52,143 nucleotides of DNA from Candidatus Omnitrophota bacterium (GTDB lineage: Bacteria > Omnitrophota > Gorgyraeia > Zapsychrales > JANLHA01), in NCBI GenBank assembly GCA_017995055.1, contig JAGOJP010000002.1, forward strand, positions 1 to 52,143. Reading direction: 5' to 3'. Numbering within the stretch: position 1 is the stretch's first letter; every line of letters starts with the position of its first letter. Below the pieces are notes generated by a model. It did no database searches, was not told the origin of the DNA, and saw only the letters and a list, made by a program, of their open reading frames with translations. This document shows positions 36,338 through 44,709 of the stretch, in pieces. Made by a program: the position numbers and the translations under genes.

Positions 36338-36571
36338 CTATTTTGAAATAATTCTCTTAATTTCATCTTTAGACAGCACCTTGCCTGCCGACACTACTGT
36401 CCCGTCGACAGCCAATGCTGGAGTCATCATGACACCGTAGTCGGTAATCTTATCGATATCGGTAACCTTCCCGACTTCAGCTTGGATATTTAATTCTTTC
36501 ACTGCCACCTCGGTGTTAGCTGTAAGTTGTTTGCACTTTGGACAGCCCACTCCTAATATTTCAATTTTCAT
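36338..36571 (-). CDS. Thioredoxin-like 'redox-active disulfide protein 2' family protein
   Basis: 77 aa: MKIEILGVGCPKCKQL ... TPALAVDG, a CPxC motif in a minimal thioredoxin fold. Confidence 0.8.
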   Translation of the reverse strand: MKIEILGVGCPKCKQLTANTEVAVKELNIQAEVGKVTDIDKITDYGVMMTPALAVDGTVVSAGKVLSKDEIKRIISK

Positions 36572-36583
36572 CTCAATCCTCCA

Positions 36584-37366
36584 TTATGTCTTAATTGCTG
36601 AAACTTTTATACTCACGATTGCGTCTTGAGCGCCCTCAAGATTATTAAACATGGCATCCACCGGATAACTCGCCTCTCTTACTATTTTGATATCCTTAAA
36701 CCCCGCCTTCTCAATAAAACCCAAATACTCGGCTTTCTTGATCGCTCCGGCAAGACAACCCACATACGCCTCAACCGAATCTTTAATCTCTTTCGGTAGT
36801 TCTTTCGCCAATACCAAATCAGAAACCATCAGCCTGCCGCCGGTTTTAAGCACTCGGAATGCTTCCTTAAAGACTGTCTCTTTATCCGGCGAGAGATTGA
36901 TAACGCAGTTTGAAATTATTACATCTATAGAAGTGTCCTCTACCGGCAGGTTCTCGATCTCTCCAAGACGAAACTCCACATTCGCATAGTTGCCTTTCTT
37001 AGCGTTCTCTTGGGCTTTAGCGACCATCTCAGGCGTCATATCAACTCCAAAAACTCTGCCGGTTTTTCCAACACGCTGAGCCGACAGGAATGCGTCAAGG
37101 CCCGCTCCACTCCCAAGGTCCAGAACGATATCACCTTCTTTTAATGAAGCAAGCGCAACCGGATTCCCACATCCAAAACCCAAATTCGCACCTTCCGGGA
37201 CAGCGTTTAGTTCCGAATCGCTATAACCAACTTTTTTGCTGATATTCTCTACCTGCGTTACGCCGCCACAGCACAAACTTGAAGAACAGCATGAATTCCT
37301 CTGCGACAACGCTTTTGCGTAGCCGGCTCTAACAATCTTTTTGATTTTATCCGCTTCATTTTTCAT
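36584..37366 (-). CDS. arsM: Arsenite S-adenosylmethionine methyltransferase
   Basis: N-terminal Cys cluster CCSSSLCCGG, SAM motif VLDLGSGAGLD, and conserved As-binding cysteines in ISNCVINLSPDK and YVGCLAGA. Confidence 0.85.
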   Translation of the reverse strand: MKNEADKIKKIVRAGYAKALSQRNSCCSSSLCCGGVTQVENISKKVGYSDSELNAVPEGANLGFGCGNPVALASLKEGDIVLDLGSGAGLDAFLSAQRVGKTGRVFGVDMTPEMVAKAQENAKKGNYANVEFRLGEIENLPVEDTSIDVIISNCVINLSPDKETVFKEAFRVLKTGGRLMVSDLVLAKELPKEIKDSVEAYVGCLAGAIKKAEYLGFIEKAGFKDIKIVREASYPVDAMFNNLEGAQDAIVSIKVSAIKT

Positions 37367-37527
37367 TTATATCCCTTCCCTCTTCATTTTAGAGACATTT
37401 TTTTATCAATCTGCCTTTTGATTACCTCTCTAACAAAATCCAGTGCCCCCATCTTTATGGCGATCAATTATGATCTGCTCAATCCTAAACAGATACTCTT
37501 CGCTGAGATTAATCGTCTTTTTAATCG

Positions 37528-38733
37528 TTATTTAACTATCGCCCCAAAAATCATCCCGCTTATGGTAGCCATGACGACAACCAGCGCTACATACACCACT
37601 GTCTTCGGCGTGCCGATAACACCCCGAATAACCAGCAGGCTCGGCAAACTCAACGCGGGTCCGGCCAAAAGAAGCGCCAGCGCAGGCCCTTTTCCCATGC
37701 CCGACCCAATGAGCCCTTACAAAATCGGCACCTCCGTCAGTGTGGCGAAATACATGAACGCCGCGATGATCGAGGAAAAAAAGTTCGCCCTCAAAGAATT
37801 GCCCCCGACCAGCGTCTCCACCCAGCGGGAAGGGACAAGGCCTTCATGACCGGCCCTGCCCAATAAAAACCCGGAAATCAAAACCCCTCCTAAAAGAAGC
37901 GGCAAGATCTGAAAAGCGAACCCCCAGGAAGCGGACGTCCATTCTTTAAGCTCGTCCTTCTTGAACCAATGAATAAGTGCCAGTCCTAAAACTATTAAAA
38001 AAAATCCGGCAATCCACCATCGAGATGAATAGATCAAGCTCCATATACTGGTATCCCCTTCTATAGGCTTGCCCCAATTGGCAAACACAAGTATTGCCAC
38101 CATCGAGAAGAAATAGACACTATCTTTCCATAACGGACGGCTTGCTTTAACTTCGCCGAATTGGAGATCCCCGTTCGCATGGCGCGCGCGTTCTTCCTTC
38201 AGGAAAATTAAGTGCATGAGCAAGCCGATGACGACACTAAAAAAAACGGCCCCGACAGCACGCGCCAAACCTAACGGCCAGCCAAGAATACGGGCCGTCA
38301 AAATGATCGCTAAAACATTTATGGCAGGCCCTGAATAGAGGAAGGCGATCGCAGGTCCAAGCCCAGCCCCTCTCTTATAAATCCCCGAGAACAACGGCAG
38401 AACCGTACAGGAACAAACAGCGAGAATAGTCCCGGATACTGAAGCCACGCTGTAAGAAAGAAACTTATTCGCCTTAGCCCCGAAATACTTCATCACAGAG
38501 GCTTGGCTGACAAATACCGAAATAGCTCCGGCAATAAAAAAGGCTGGCACAAGGCACAGCAGCACGTGCTCGCGGGCGTACCATTTTACTAAGGCCAGGG
38601 CCTCGAATACCGCGTTAACGAAGCGCAAATTTTCAACCGGCAAATAAAAGCATGCCAGGAAAGCCGCTACAACGCACAAAAATCTCTTCCCTTCTTTCAC
38701 TTTTTGACCACCTTTCCTCCTACCGTACAGCAT
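37528..38733 (-). pseudogene. arsP: ArsP/DUF318-type permease interrupted by an in-frame TAA
   Basis: ORF 37717..38733 ends ...TLTEVPIL-TAA. The same frame continues GLIGSGMGKGPALALLLAGPALSLPSLLVIRGVIGTPKTVVYVALVVVMATISGMIFGAIVK-stop (to 37528), the conserved C-terminal repeat of this family. It also has the SCTVLP Cys motif. An alternative GTGA-coupled start lies at 38700. Confidence 0.75.
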
Positions 38734-39005
38734 CCGCCTTCAATCCTTATGGCCTTCACATTGACCAAAGCATCGGTCACCTTCTTACATGCCGATGAAA
38801 CGATCCGTGAAAAGGTCGGACGCGATATCTTCATCAATTTTGCGGCATCTCTCTGTTTCATTTCTTCCAAACACGCAAGCCTCATGGCCTCAAACTCGTC
38901 AAGACTCAAGACGACCCCTTCCAGATCTTTCAACGGCCTGCACTTTGGCCTAAAGCATCTCTCCCCGGGTAAACACTTAACCCACCTTGTCTTCTTCGGC
39001 CTCAT
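38697..39005 (-). CDS. DUF134 (UPF0251) predicted DNA-binding protein
   Basis: 102 aa: N-terminal RWVKCLPGERCFRPKC, then a sigma-70 region-4-like HTH LSLDEFEAMRLACLEEMKQRDAAKLMKISRPTFSRIV. Overlaps the arsP start. Confidence 0.75.
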   Translation of the reverse strand: MRPKKTRWVKCLPGERCFRPKCRPLKDLEGVVLSLDEFEAMRLACLEEMKQRDAAKLMKISRPTFSRIVSSACKKVTDALVNVKAIRIEGGCCTVGGKVVKK

Positions 39006-39027
39006 GAAACAATCACCCCTTCAATTT

Positions 39028-39071
39028 TGAACTATGGTTCATAATGTACTACAAAACGCTGTTAAAGTCAA
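39028..39071 (-). promoter_or_regulatory. Candidate promoter/operator of the DUF134-ars operon
   Basis: On the minus strand: TTGACT (39071..39066), a 17-nt spacer, then TACATT (39048..39043), followed by the inverted repeat TGAAC-N4-GTTCA (39041..39028) before the RBS. Confidence 0.4.
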
Positions 39072-39118
39072 ACACGGAACCCGGACATGGCATCCCCATC
39101 GGCCAATACGCAGTTATG

Positions 39119-39153
39119 AAACAAAAAGGCCGCCCAAAGAGGACAGCCTTTTT
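39119..39153 (-). terminator. Candidate intrinsic terminator ~245 nt downstream of hcp
   Basis: On the minus strand: GGCUGUCC-UCUUU-GGGCGGCC (8 bp including 2 G-U), followed by UUUUUGUUU. Confidence 0.45.
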
Positions 39154-39392
39154 ATGAAAAACTTTCCGGACCTGACCCGAAGCCAACAAATTCAAGATGA
39201 TCCGCGCCGTCAAGGTTAACCGTTAACCCGCCCCGCACAACCAGAAACTGGACATTGAACTTGGCCTCAAGCCGGGACACGTTTTGCCCCGGCTTGAATG
39301 TTCTCTGCATGACAAAAATGCAATTTTCATCAACCCGTTGTTTTGGCGCATCTTGTCAGCATTCTGGGGAATTTTTCAAGAATATTAATCCC

Positions 39393-41024
39393 CTAACGGC
39401 CAGCCATCATGGCCTGCACATCTTCGGCGACAATGCTTATCGGCTTGATGTTAAACTTTTCAACCAGCACCTTCGCCACATTCGGGGATAGAAACGCGGG
39501 CAACGTAGGCCCTAAGCGGATGCCTTTTATACCGAGATGCAACAACGCTAAAAGAACGGCGACGGCCTTCTGTTCATACCAGGCGATATCAAATGATATC
39601 GGAAGCTCATTGATATCTCCAAGCCCGAAAACCTCCTTTAATTTCAGCGCGACAACGGCCAGAGAATAAGAATCATTACATTGTCCTGCGTCTAAAACAC
39701 GCGGGATGCCGTTGATATCACCCAGCGGTAATTTGTTATAACGGTACTTAGCGCAACCCGCGGTTAAAATAACCGTGTCTTTGGGCAGGCTTTCGGCGAC
39801 TTCCGTAAAATAGTTTCTTGTTTTCTGGCGGCCATCACATCCGGCCATAACAATAAACCGCTTTATCGCTCCCGACTTGACAGCTTCAACAATTTTGTCA
39901 GCCAAGGCGATAACCTGATTATGCGCGAAACCGCCGACGATCTCGCCGGTTTCGATTTCCTTGGGCGGGGGGCATCTTTTAGCCAGTTCGATGATCTCGC
40001 GAAAGTCTTTTTTCCCGCCTTCCGGCCTGTCCGGGATGTGTTTCACTCCCGGATATCCAGCCATGCCGGTCGTAAATATCCTGTCTTTATAGGAATCTTT
40101 GACCGGGATGATACAGTTTGTTGTCATCAGGATAGGGCCGTTAAAGGTTTCGAAATCCTGATTCTGGCGCCACCATGAACTGCCGTAGTTGCCGACAAAA
40201 TGATCATACTTCTTGAAAGCAGGATAATAATTTGCCGGAAGCATTTCGCTGTGGGTATAGACATCAACCCCTGCGCCTTCGGTCTGTTTCAGCAATTCCT
40301 CCATGTCCTTGAGGTCATGACCCGAGATAAGGATGCCGGGGTTGTTCCTCACGCCGAGGTTGACCTTTGTCATTTCCGGACTGCCGTATGTTTCCGTATT
40401 GGCTTTATCCAGCAAGGCCATCGCCTTAACCGCAACCCCTCCGGTTTCCAGCACCAGGGCGGTCAGCGCGTCAGCTGACAGATTTTTTGTAATAGCCGCA
40501 AGACCTTTATACATAAATTTAAAGATATCCTCGTCGTAGAAACCAAGCATGGCCGCATGATCGGTATAAGCGGCAATCCCTTTCAAGCCAAAAAGCATTA
40601 AAGATTTTAACGAGCGGATATCTTCGTTGTCACTATAGGAAAGCGGACTCACCTCCAAGGACTTGATCAGGAAAGCCTCCTTTGTCTCCGCCGACCATAC
40701 GGCCGCATCGTGTAAATCTTTCTGGGAAATCTGCGCTTTAGATTTCACTTCCTCCCGCAAGGCCAGCGCCTTCTTGATAAGGGCCGTTATCCTGTCCTCA
40801 TCGAAGTTCGCGTTAGTGATCGTTGAAAACAGCGCCTGACAGGTAAAGACCCCGTATTTTTTATCCAAAGAACCGGCTTGTTCTGCATAAATAGAAAATC
40901 CCTGCAAAGTATAGACCAAAAGATCCATGAGATCGGCAGCCCTTTCGTCCTTCCCGCAAACACCTCTAACTTTACATCCGGTATTGTTTACGGTTTCTTG
41001 ACACTGAAAACAAAACATTCCCAT
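39393..41024 (-). CDS. hcp: Hybrid-cluster protein / hydroxylamine (NO) reductase
   Basis: 543 aa with N-terminal MFCFQCQET...C...C cluster motif and conserved hybrid-cluster ligand regions throughout. Confidence 0.92.
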   Translation of the reverse strand: MGMFCFQCQETVNNTGCKVRGVCGKDERAADLMDLLVYTLQGFSIYAEQAGSLDKKYGVFTCQALFSTITNANFDEDRITALIKKALALREEVKSKAQISQKDLHDAAVWSAETKEAFLIKSLEVSPLSYSDNEDIRSLKSLMLFGLKGIAAYTDHAAMLGFYDEDIFKFMYKGLAAITKNLSADALTALVLETGGVAVKAMALLDKANTETYGSPEMTKVNLGVRNNPGILISGHDLKDMEELLKQTEGAGVDVYTHSEMLPANYYPAFKKYDHFVGNYGSSWWRQNQDFETFNGPILMTTNCIIPVKDSYKDRIFTTGMAGYPGVKHIPDRPEGGKKDFREIIELAKRCPPPKEIETGEIVGGFAHNQVIALADKIVEAVKSGAIKRFIVMAGCDGRQKTRNYFTEVAESLPKDTVILTAGCAKYRYNKLPLGDINGIPRVLDAGQCNDSYSLAVVALKLKEVFGLGDINELPISFDIAWYEQKAVAVLLALLHLGIKGIRLGPTLPAFLSPNVAKVLVEKFNIKPISIVAEDVQAMMAGR

Positions 41025-41145
41025 AGCGCCCTCCTTTTTAGAAATGAATCTGCTGTCCCTTTTATTCCAATTTTAAAAAAATTTTTATTCATGATTGTTT
41101 CTTCCTTCACCAAAGCCGTGCTTCATTTCCGATATGATCAAAATT

Positions 41146-41874
41146 TCACCCTTCCCCGTTTAAAAACTCACCTTTAATAGAGATTATTTCTTCTAAGAAA
41201 GGGACCTTTTTATCCGCTCTTGTAAGGGCCTCTTTCACCATCCTTGTTAAGCCCATACAGCAAGGCACTTCCATACGGAAAACCGTAATCGATAAAATGT
41301 TATTTCTTTTGATAATGTCACTGAGCTTTTCAACATAACCTTCGGTCCTGTCCAATTTAGGGCAAGCAATCACCAGGGCATGGTTTTTAAGAACGCTGTT
41401 ATGAAAATCACCAAAGCTGAACGCTGTACAACTGGCCGCTATGAGCAAATTACAATCCTGGAAATAGGAAGCTCCGGGATTGACCAGGTGCAGTTGAATG
41501 GGCCACTGTTTTAACCGGCTCGCGACATTTTGTTTTTGACCTTCTTCGCGGCCCTCATCTTTATTGTCCCTGAAATCGTGCGTGGCCGTACCGGGGCAAC
41601 CACAGGGAACATCATATTTATTTTCCGGCTTCCCTTTATGGTCTAAATGTTTTTCTGCTGCCGTTTCATCAAAAGCCGCCACGTCTTTCTGCACAATTTT
41701 TAAAGCGCCTGTCGGGCAGTGGCCGATGCAAGCCCCCAGGCCATCACAAAAAGACTCATGCACTACTTTAGCCTTCCCCTCAACAATCCGCAAAGCCCCC
41801 TCGGCACAGGCAACAACACAACGGCCGCAGCCATCACACCGTTCTTCATCTATCTCAATAAAATTCCTTTTCAT
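41146..41874 (-). CDS. 2x[4Fe-4S] ferredoxin-domain protein with a Cys-containing C-terminal domain (Hcp-associated)
   Basis: CDGCGRCVVAC ... CDGLGACIGHCP motifs. A C-terminal domain with additional Cys (ASCTAF, ACPKLD, VPCCMG). 2-nt gap to rrf2. Confidence 0.75.
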   Translation of the reverse strand: MKRNFIEIDEERCDGCGRCVVACAEGALRIVEGKAKVVHESFCDGLGACIGHCPTGALKIVQKDVAAFDETAAEKHLDHKGKPENKYDVPCGCPGTATHDFRDNKDEGREEGQKQNVASRLKQWPIQLHLVNPGASYFQDCNLLIAASCTAFSFGDFHNSVLKNHALVIACPKLDRTEGYVEKLSDIIKRNNILSITVFRMEVPCCMGLTRMVKEALTRADKKVPFLEEIISIKGEFLNGEG

Positions 41875-41876
41875 GA

Positions 41877-42290
41877 TTACCCGTCTCCCAGCTTCTTTAA
41901 AAGCTTTGCTATGGTTAGTTTCTCAAATTCCTGGCTCACCGTATTCTCAATTCTTTTAAGTTCTGCTCTCAAGACACAAGTTTTTCTGTTCGGGCATATT
42001 GCCTGTCTGAACATACAGTCAGACAATTCAAAGCCCCCTTGAAAAAGCTTTATTAAATCAATAATCCGTATCTGGGAAGGATTCCGGATTATGCGCACGC
42101 CGCCGGACACGCCTTCTTTTGATTCAATAAAACCATCCTGGATTAACTTTTGCAATATTCCCCTTAAAAAATGATAGGGAATATTTAACGTGTCGGATAT
42201 GTTCTTCGCCGACAAAAAAACGTCTTTTTCTTTGGCTAAAAGGATTAACGCCCTGACAGCGTAATCCGTGTCTTTAGTCAGTATTTTCAT
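41877..42290 (-). CDS. Rrf2-family (NsrR/IscR-like) Fe-S transcriptional regulator
   Basis: MKILTKDTDYAVRALILLA N-terminus, HTH, and three clustered Cys (SDCMFRQAICPNRKTC). Confidence 0.85.
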   Translation of the reverse strand: MKILTKDTDYAVRALILLAKEKDVFLSAKNISDTLNIPYHFLRGILQKLIQDGFIESKEGVSGGVRIIRNPSQIRIIDLIKLFQGGFELSDCMFRQAICPNRKTCVLRAELKRIENTVSQEFEKLTIAKLLKKLGDG

Positions 42291-42327
42291 AAAACCCCAC
42301 TTCCTCTTTTTGTTTTAAACTGACACT

Positions 42328-42356
42328 ATCTTAGTAGCATTTTAAAAATTTGTCAA
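42328..42356 (-). promoter_or_regulatory. Sigma70-like promoter of the rrf2-hcp operon
   Basis: On the minus strand: TTGACA (42356..42351), a 17-nt spacer, then TAAGAT (42333..42328). Confidence 0.45.
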
Positions 42357-42470
42357 TAAAATTTTACAGGGGCATGTCCGGGCAGAAGAGCGGCATCCTG
42401 ATTTTCCCGGAAAAAAACTGGTGATAGGAAAGCATTAAGCCAACAGGGGGGTGCCAGAGGGTGCCTTTTC

Positions 42471-42608
42471 ATGAAATACGACAACACCTATCGGCCGCAT
42501 TCGTCTCTCAACAACCAACCCCTGATAAAAACTGAAGGGAAAGAATCCGGCGGCATATATGCCCAACCTGCCTTAGGAGGGGTGACACATCACTATTATA
42601 GAGTTTGA
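42471..42608 (+). mobile_element. Transposase (rve/integrase-core) C-terminal remnant
   Basis: KYDNTYRPHSSLNNQPL ... LGGVTHHYYRV-stop is the characteristic C-terminus of DDE integrase-core transposases. No N-terminal part is present. Confidence 0.5.
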
Positions 42609-42668
42609 ATATCGCTGCAGTATGGGGAATCTCATTACATGGAAAACATGCATGTCGGAAGAAATCCC

Positions 42669-44054
42669 TCATCGGTTATCTAAACGGACATAATCTCTCC
42701 GCGACGCAACGCTCTTATAAGCGGGTCGAATAATCTTCCCTCCGTTTGCCATTTCCTCGATACGATGGGCAGACCAGCCTGCAATACGCGCGATGGCAAA
42801 CAAGGGCGTGAACAATTCAGATGGCATATCCATCATCTTATACACAAACCCTGAATAGAAATCCACGTTCGCACTGACTCCTTTATATATTTTCCGTGTT
42901 TTTCCAATAACTTCCGGCGCCAGTCTTTCGACTTTTTCATGCAAACGGAACTCCTTTTCCATGCCTTTTTCTTTAGCAAGTTTCTCGGCATTTTGTCGCA
43001 AAATCAATGTTCTCGGATCAGACACCGAATAAACGGCATGACCTACGCCGTATATCAATCCAGAACGATCAAAAGCCTTTTTGTTAAGCAGGCTGGCAAG
43101 ATAGCACTCGATCTCTTTGTCGTCATCCCAATCTTTGATCTTCTGTTTCATATCTTCGAACATTTGGACGGCCTTAATATTCGCGCCTCCATGCCGGGGC
43201 CCTTTCAATGAACCCAACGCCGCCGCTATCGTACCATAAGTATCCGTGCCGCTTGACGAAACAACATGGGTTGTAAAGGAAGAGTTGTTTCCGCCGCCAT
43301 GCTCCGCATGAAGCACCAACGCAAGATCCAACAATTTCGCTTCCAGCGCGGAATATTTATTGTCCGGCCTGAGCATATGCAAAATATTCTCTGCCGTGGA
43401 TAACTCCGGGACCGGATGATGTATCACCAGGCTTCTTCCTTCAAAATGATGAATAAGAGCCTGATATGAATAAACTGACAGGAGCGGGAAAACGGCAATC
43501 AGCCGCATGCTTTGTTTCAAAATATTTTCAATGGATATATCCTCGGGATTTTCATCAAGAGTGTACATCGCCAGGACACTCCGTGCCATGGCGTTCATAA
43601 TGTCTTGACTCGGCATCTTTAAAATTGCATCATGCACAAAACGTTTGGGCAGTATCCGGAATTCCGCAAGTTGCTTTTGAAATATATCCAGTTCTTTCCT
43701 GCTGGGGAGATCGCCAAAAAGAAGCAAATAGCATGTTTCTTCAAAGCCAAAATGATTATCGGAAGTAAAACCTTGGACAATCTGTGAAATATCAATGCCC
43801 CGGTAGATCAATTGCCCCGGAGCCGGAGCTCCATCCGGCCCGTATGCGATAACCTCGCCAATCTGGGTTAGTCCGGCTAATACACCTTTTCCAGATATAT
43901 CGCGCAGCCCCCTCTTGACATCATATTTTGCATAAAGCGAAGGATCAACCAAGCTTTTTTCTGTCGCCATCTTGCCCCACTCATCAAACTTGGAATTTAT
44001 GTTGGCATCCTTGTCTAATTTTTCATTTCTTTTATCATCTTGCGCTTTTGTCAT
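42669..44054 (-). CDS. Citrate synthase
   Basis: 461 aa with catalytic signatures LKGPRHGGAN and GVGHAVYSVSDPR, plus a conserved C-terminal ARIAGWSAH. Confidence 0.9.
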   Translation of the reverse strand: MTKAQDDKRNEKLDKDANINSKFDEWGKMATEKSLVDPSLYAKYDVKRGLRDISGKGVLAGLTQIGEVIAYGPDGAPAPGQLIYRGIDISQIVQGFTSDNHFGFEETCYLLLFGDLPSRKELDIFQKQLAEFRILPKRFVHDAILKMPSQDIMNAMARSVLAMYTLDENPEDISIENILKQSMRLIAVFPLLSVYSYQALIHHFEGRSLVIHHPVPELSTAENILHMLRPDNKYSALEAKLLDLALVLHAEHGGGNNSSFTTHVVSSSGTDTYGTIAAALGSLKGPRHGGANIKAVQMFEDMKQKIKDWDDDKEIECYLASLLNKKAFDRSGLIYGVGHAVYSVSDPRTLILRQNAEKLAKEKGMEKEFRLHEKVERLAPEVIGKTRKIYKGVSANVDFYSGFVYKMMDMPSELFTPLFAIARIAGWSAHRIEEMANGGKIIRPAYKSVASRRDYVRLDNR

Positions 44055-44521
44055 TCCTGATCCTCCATAGAGTTTACGAGGGAATCCACCTGATCTTTTC
44101 CTGTGTTATATATCATTTTCTTGCCGAATACATTTTCCAAATCCGTCAAAAGCTGATCTTCCACCGGATCAAACGGAATATTCCATTTTGTCATTAAAAT
44201 TTTCAAAAATATGGGATATTAGCCCCTGGATTCCTTAACGGAATTTTCTTTAGGTCCCCCGCTTTCTGCCTGCGCAAAAAAATGCGCGGCAAAAACCCGA
44301 TTTTTATTGAATTTTATTATATCATAGAGCGTATCGAAATAAACCGTTATCTCAGATTCACAACATTTCAAAAATAAGCCCCCCGATAATTCCACATAAA
44401 GGGATAACAAATATCCGATGTATTTTCCCTTCAAAAACAGTCAAAAGGGAAAACGCGCCTGCCGCGATAGCAAGCCCCAGCCACCCCCTAACAGTCGTAA
44501 CTCCTTATGACCAAACCGCCG

Positions 44522-44563
44522 TAAAAAACAAAAACCCCGTTCCGGAATGACTCCGAAACGGGG
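44522..44563 (-). terminator. Strong intrinsic terminator
   Basis: On the minus strand: CCCCGUUUCGGA-GUCAU-UCCGGAACGGGG (12 bp), followed by UUUUUGUUUUUU. Confidence 0.7.
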
Positions 44564-44705
44564 CGGATGTCAACGAACAGGCGCTTGGGGCGTCTGTTCG
44601 TCCAAAATGGCCCCCCGGCCACAGCCCTCTGGCTTACGGCACTTCCTCGCCATGCCCGGTCGCGAGGACTCTGGTGGCTCGTTCTGACCCGCCACAAGTG
44701 CCTCC
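44564..44705 (-). ncRNA. Candidate structured RNA (unclassified): three-way junction plus three hairpins
   Basis: A GC-rich island with no credible ORF. The outer helix GGCACUU/AAGUGCC (44702..44696 / 44644..44638) encloses hairpins GUGGC..GCCAC and CCUCGC..GCGAGG. These are followed by UGGCC-GGGG-GGCCA and the 9-bp hairpin GACGAACAG..CUGUUCGUU. Confidence 0.3.
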
Positions 44706-44709
44706 GTCT

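Noticed and set aside
37367-37527. Possible small ribbon-helix-helix (CopG/NikR-like) gene between arsP and arsM (…KKTINLSEEYLFRIEQIIIDRHKDGGTGFC).
   Set aside because: The frame has no ATG/GTG/TTG start after the preceding stop and is only ~33 codons long. At best it is a remnant and cannot be supported as a gene.
37717-37719. Alternative genetic code (TAA reassigned) as an explanation for the in-frame stop in arsP.
   Set aside because: TAA terminates several well-defined genes in this window at their expected ends, e.g. marR at 13929..13931, the PII-like gene and arsP itself at 37528..37530. A point mutation or sequencing error is more parsimonious.
39034-39491. Plus-strand ORFs 39034..39219 and 39255..39491, and a 35-codon minus-strand ORF, in the hcp-DUF134 spacer.
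   Set aside because: There are no RBSs, one partly overlaps hcp, and the compositions are not protein-like. The spacer is better explained by a 3' UTR with hairpins, a terminator and the next operon's promoter.
44564-44705. Identifying the structured RNA as SRP (4.5S), 6S, tmRNA or RNase P RNA.
   Set aside because: It has no GGUCAGGUCCGGAAGGAAGCAGCC-type SRP domain IV, no tmRNA tRNA-like ends and no RNase P P4 motifs. Its architecture is a three-way junction plus hairpins, not a single long helix.
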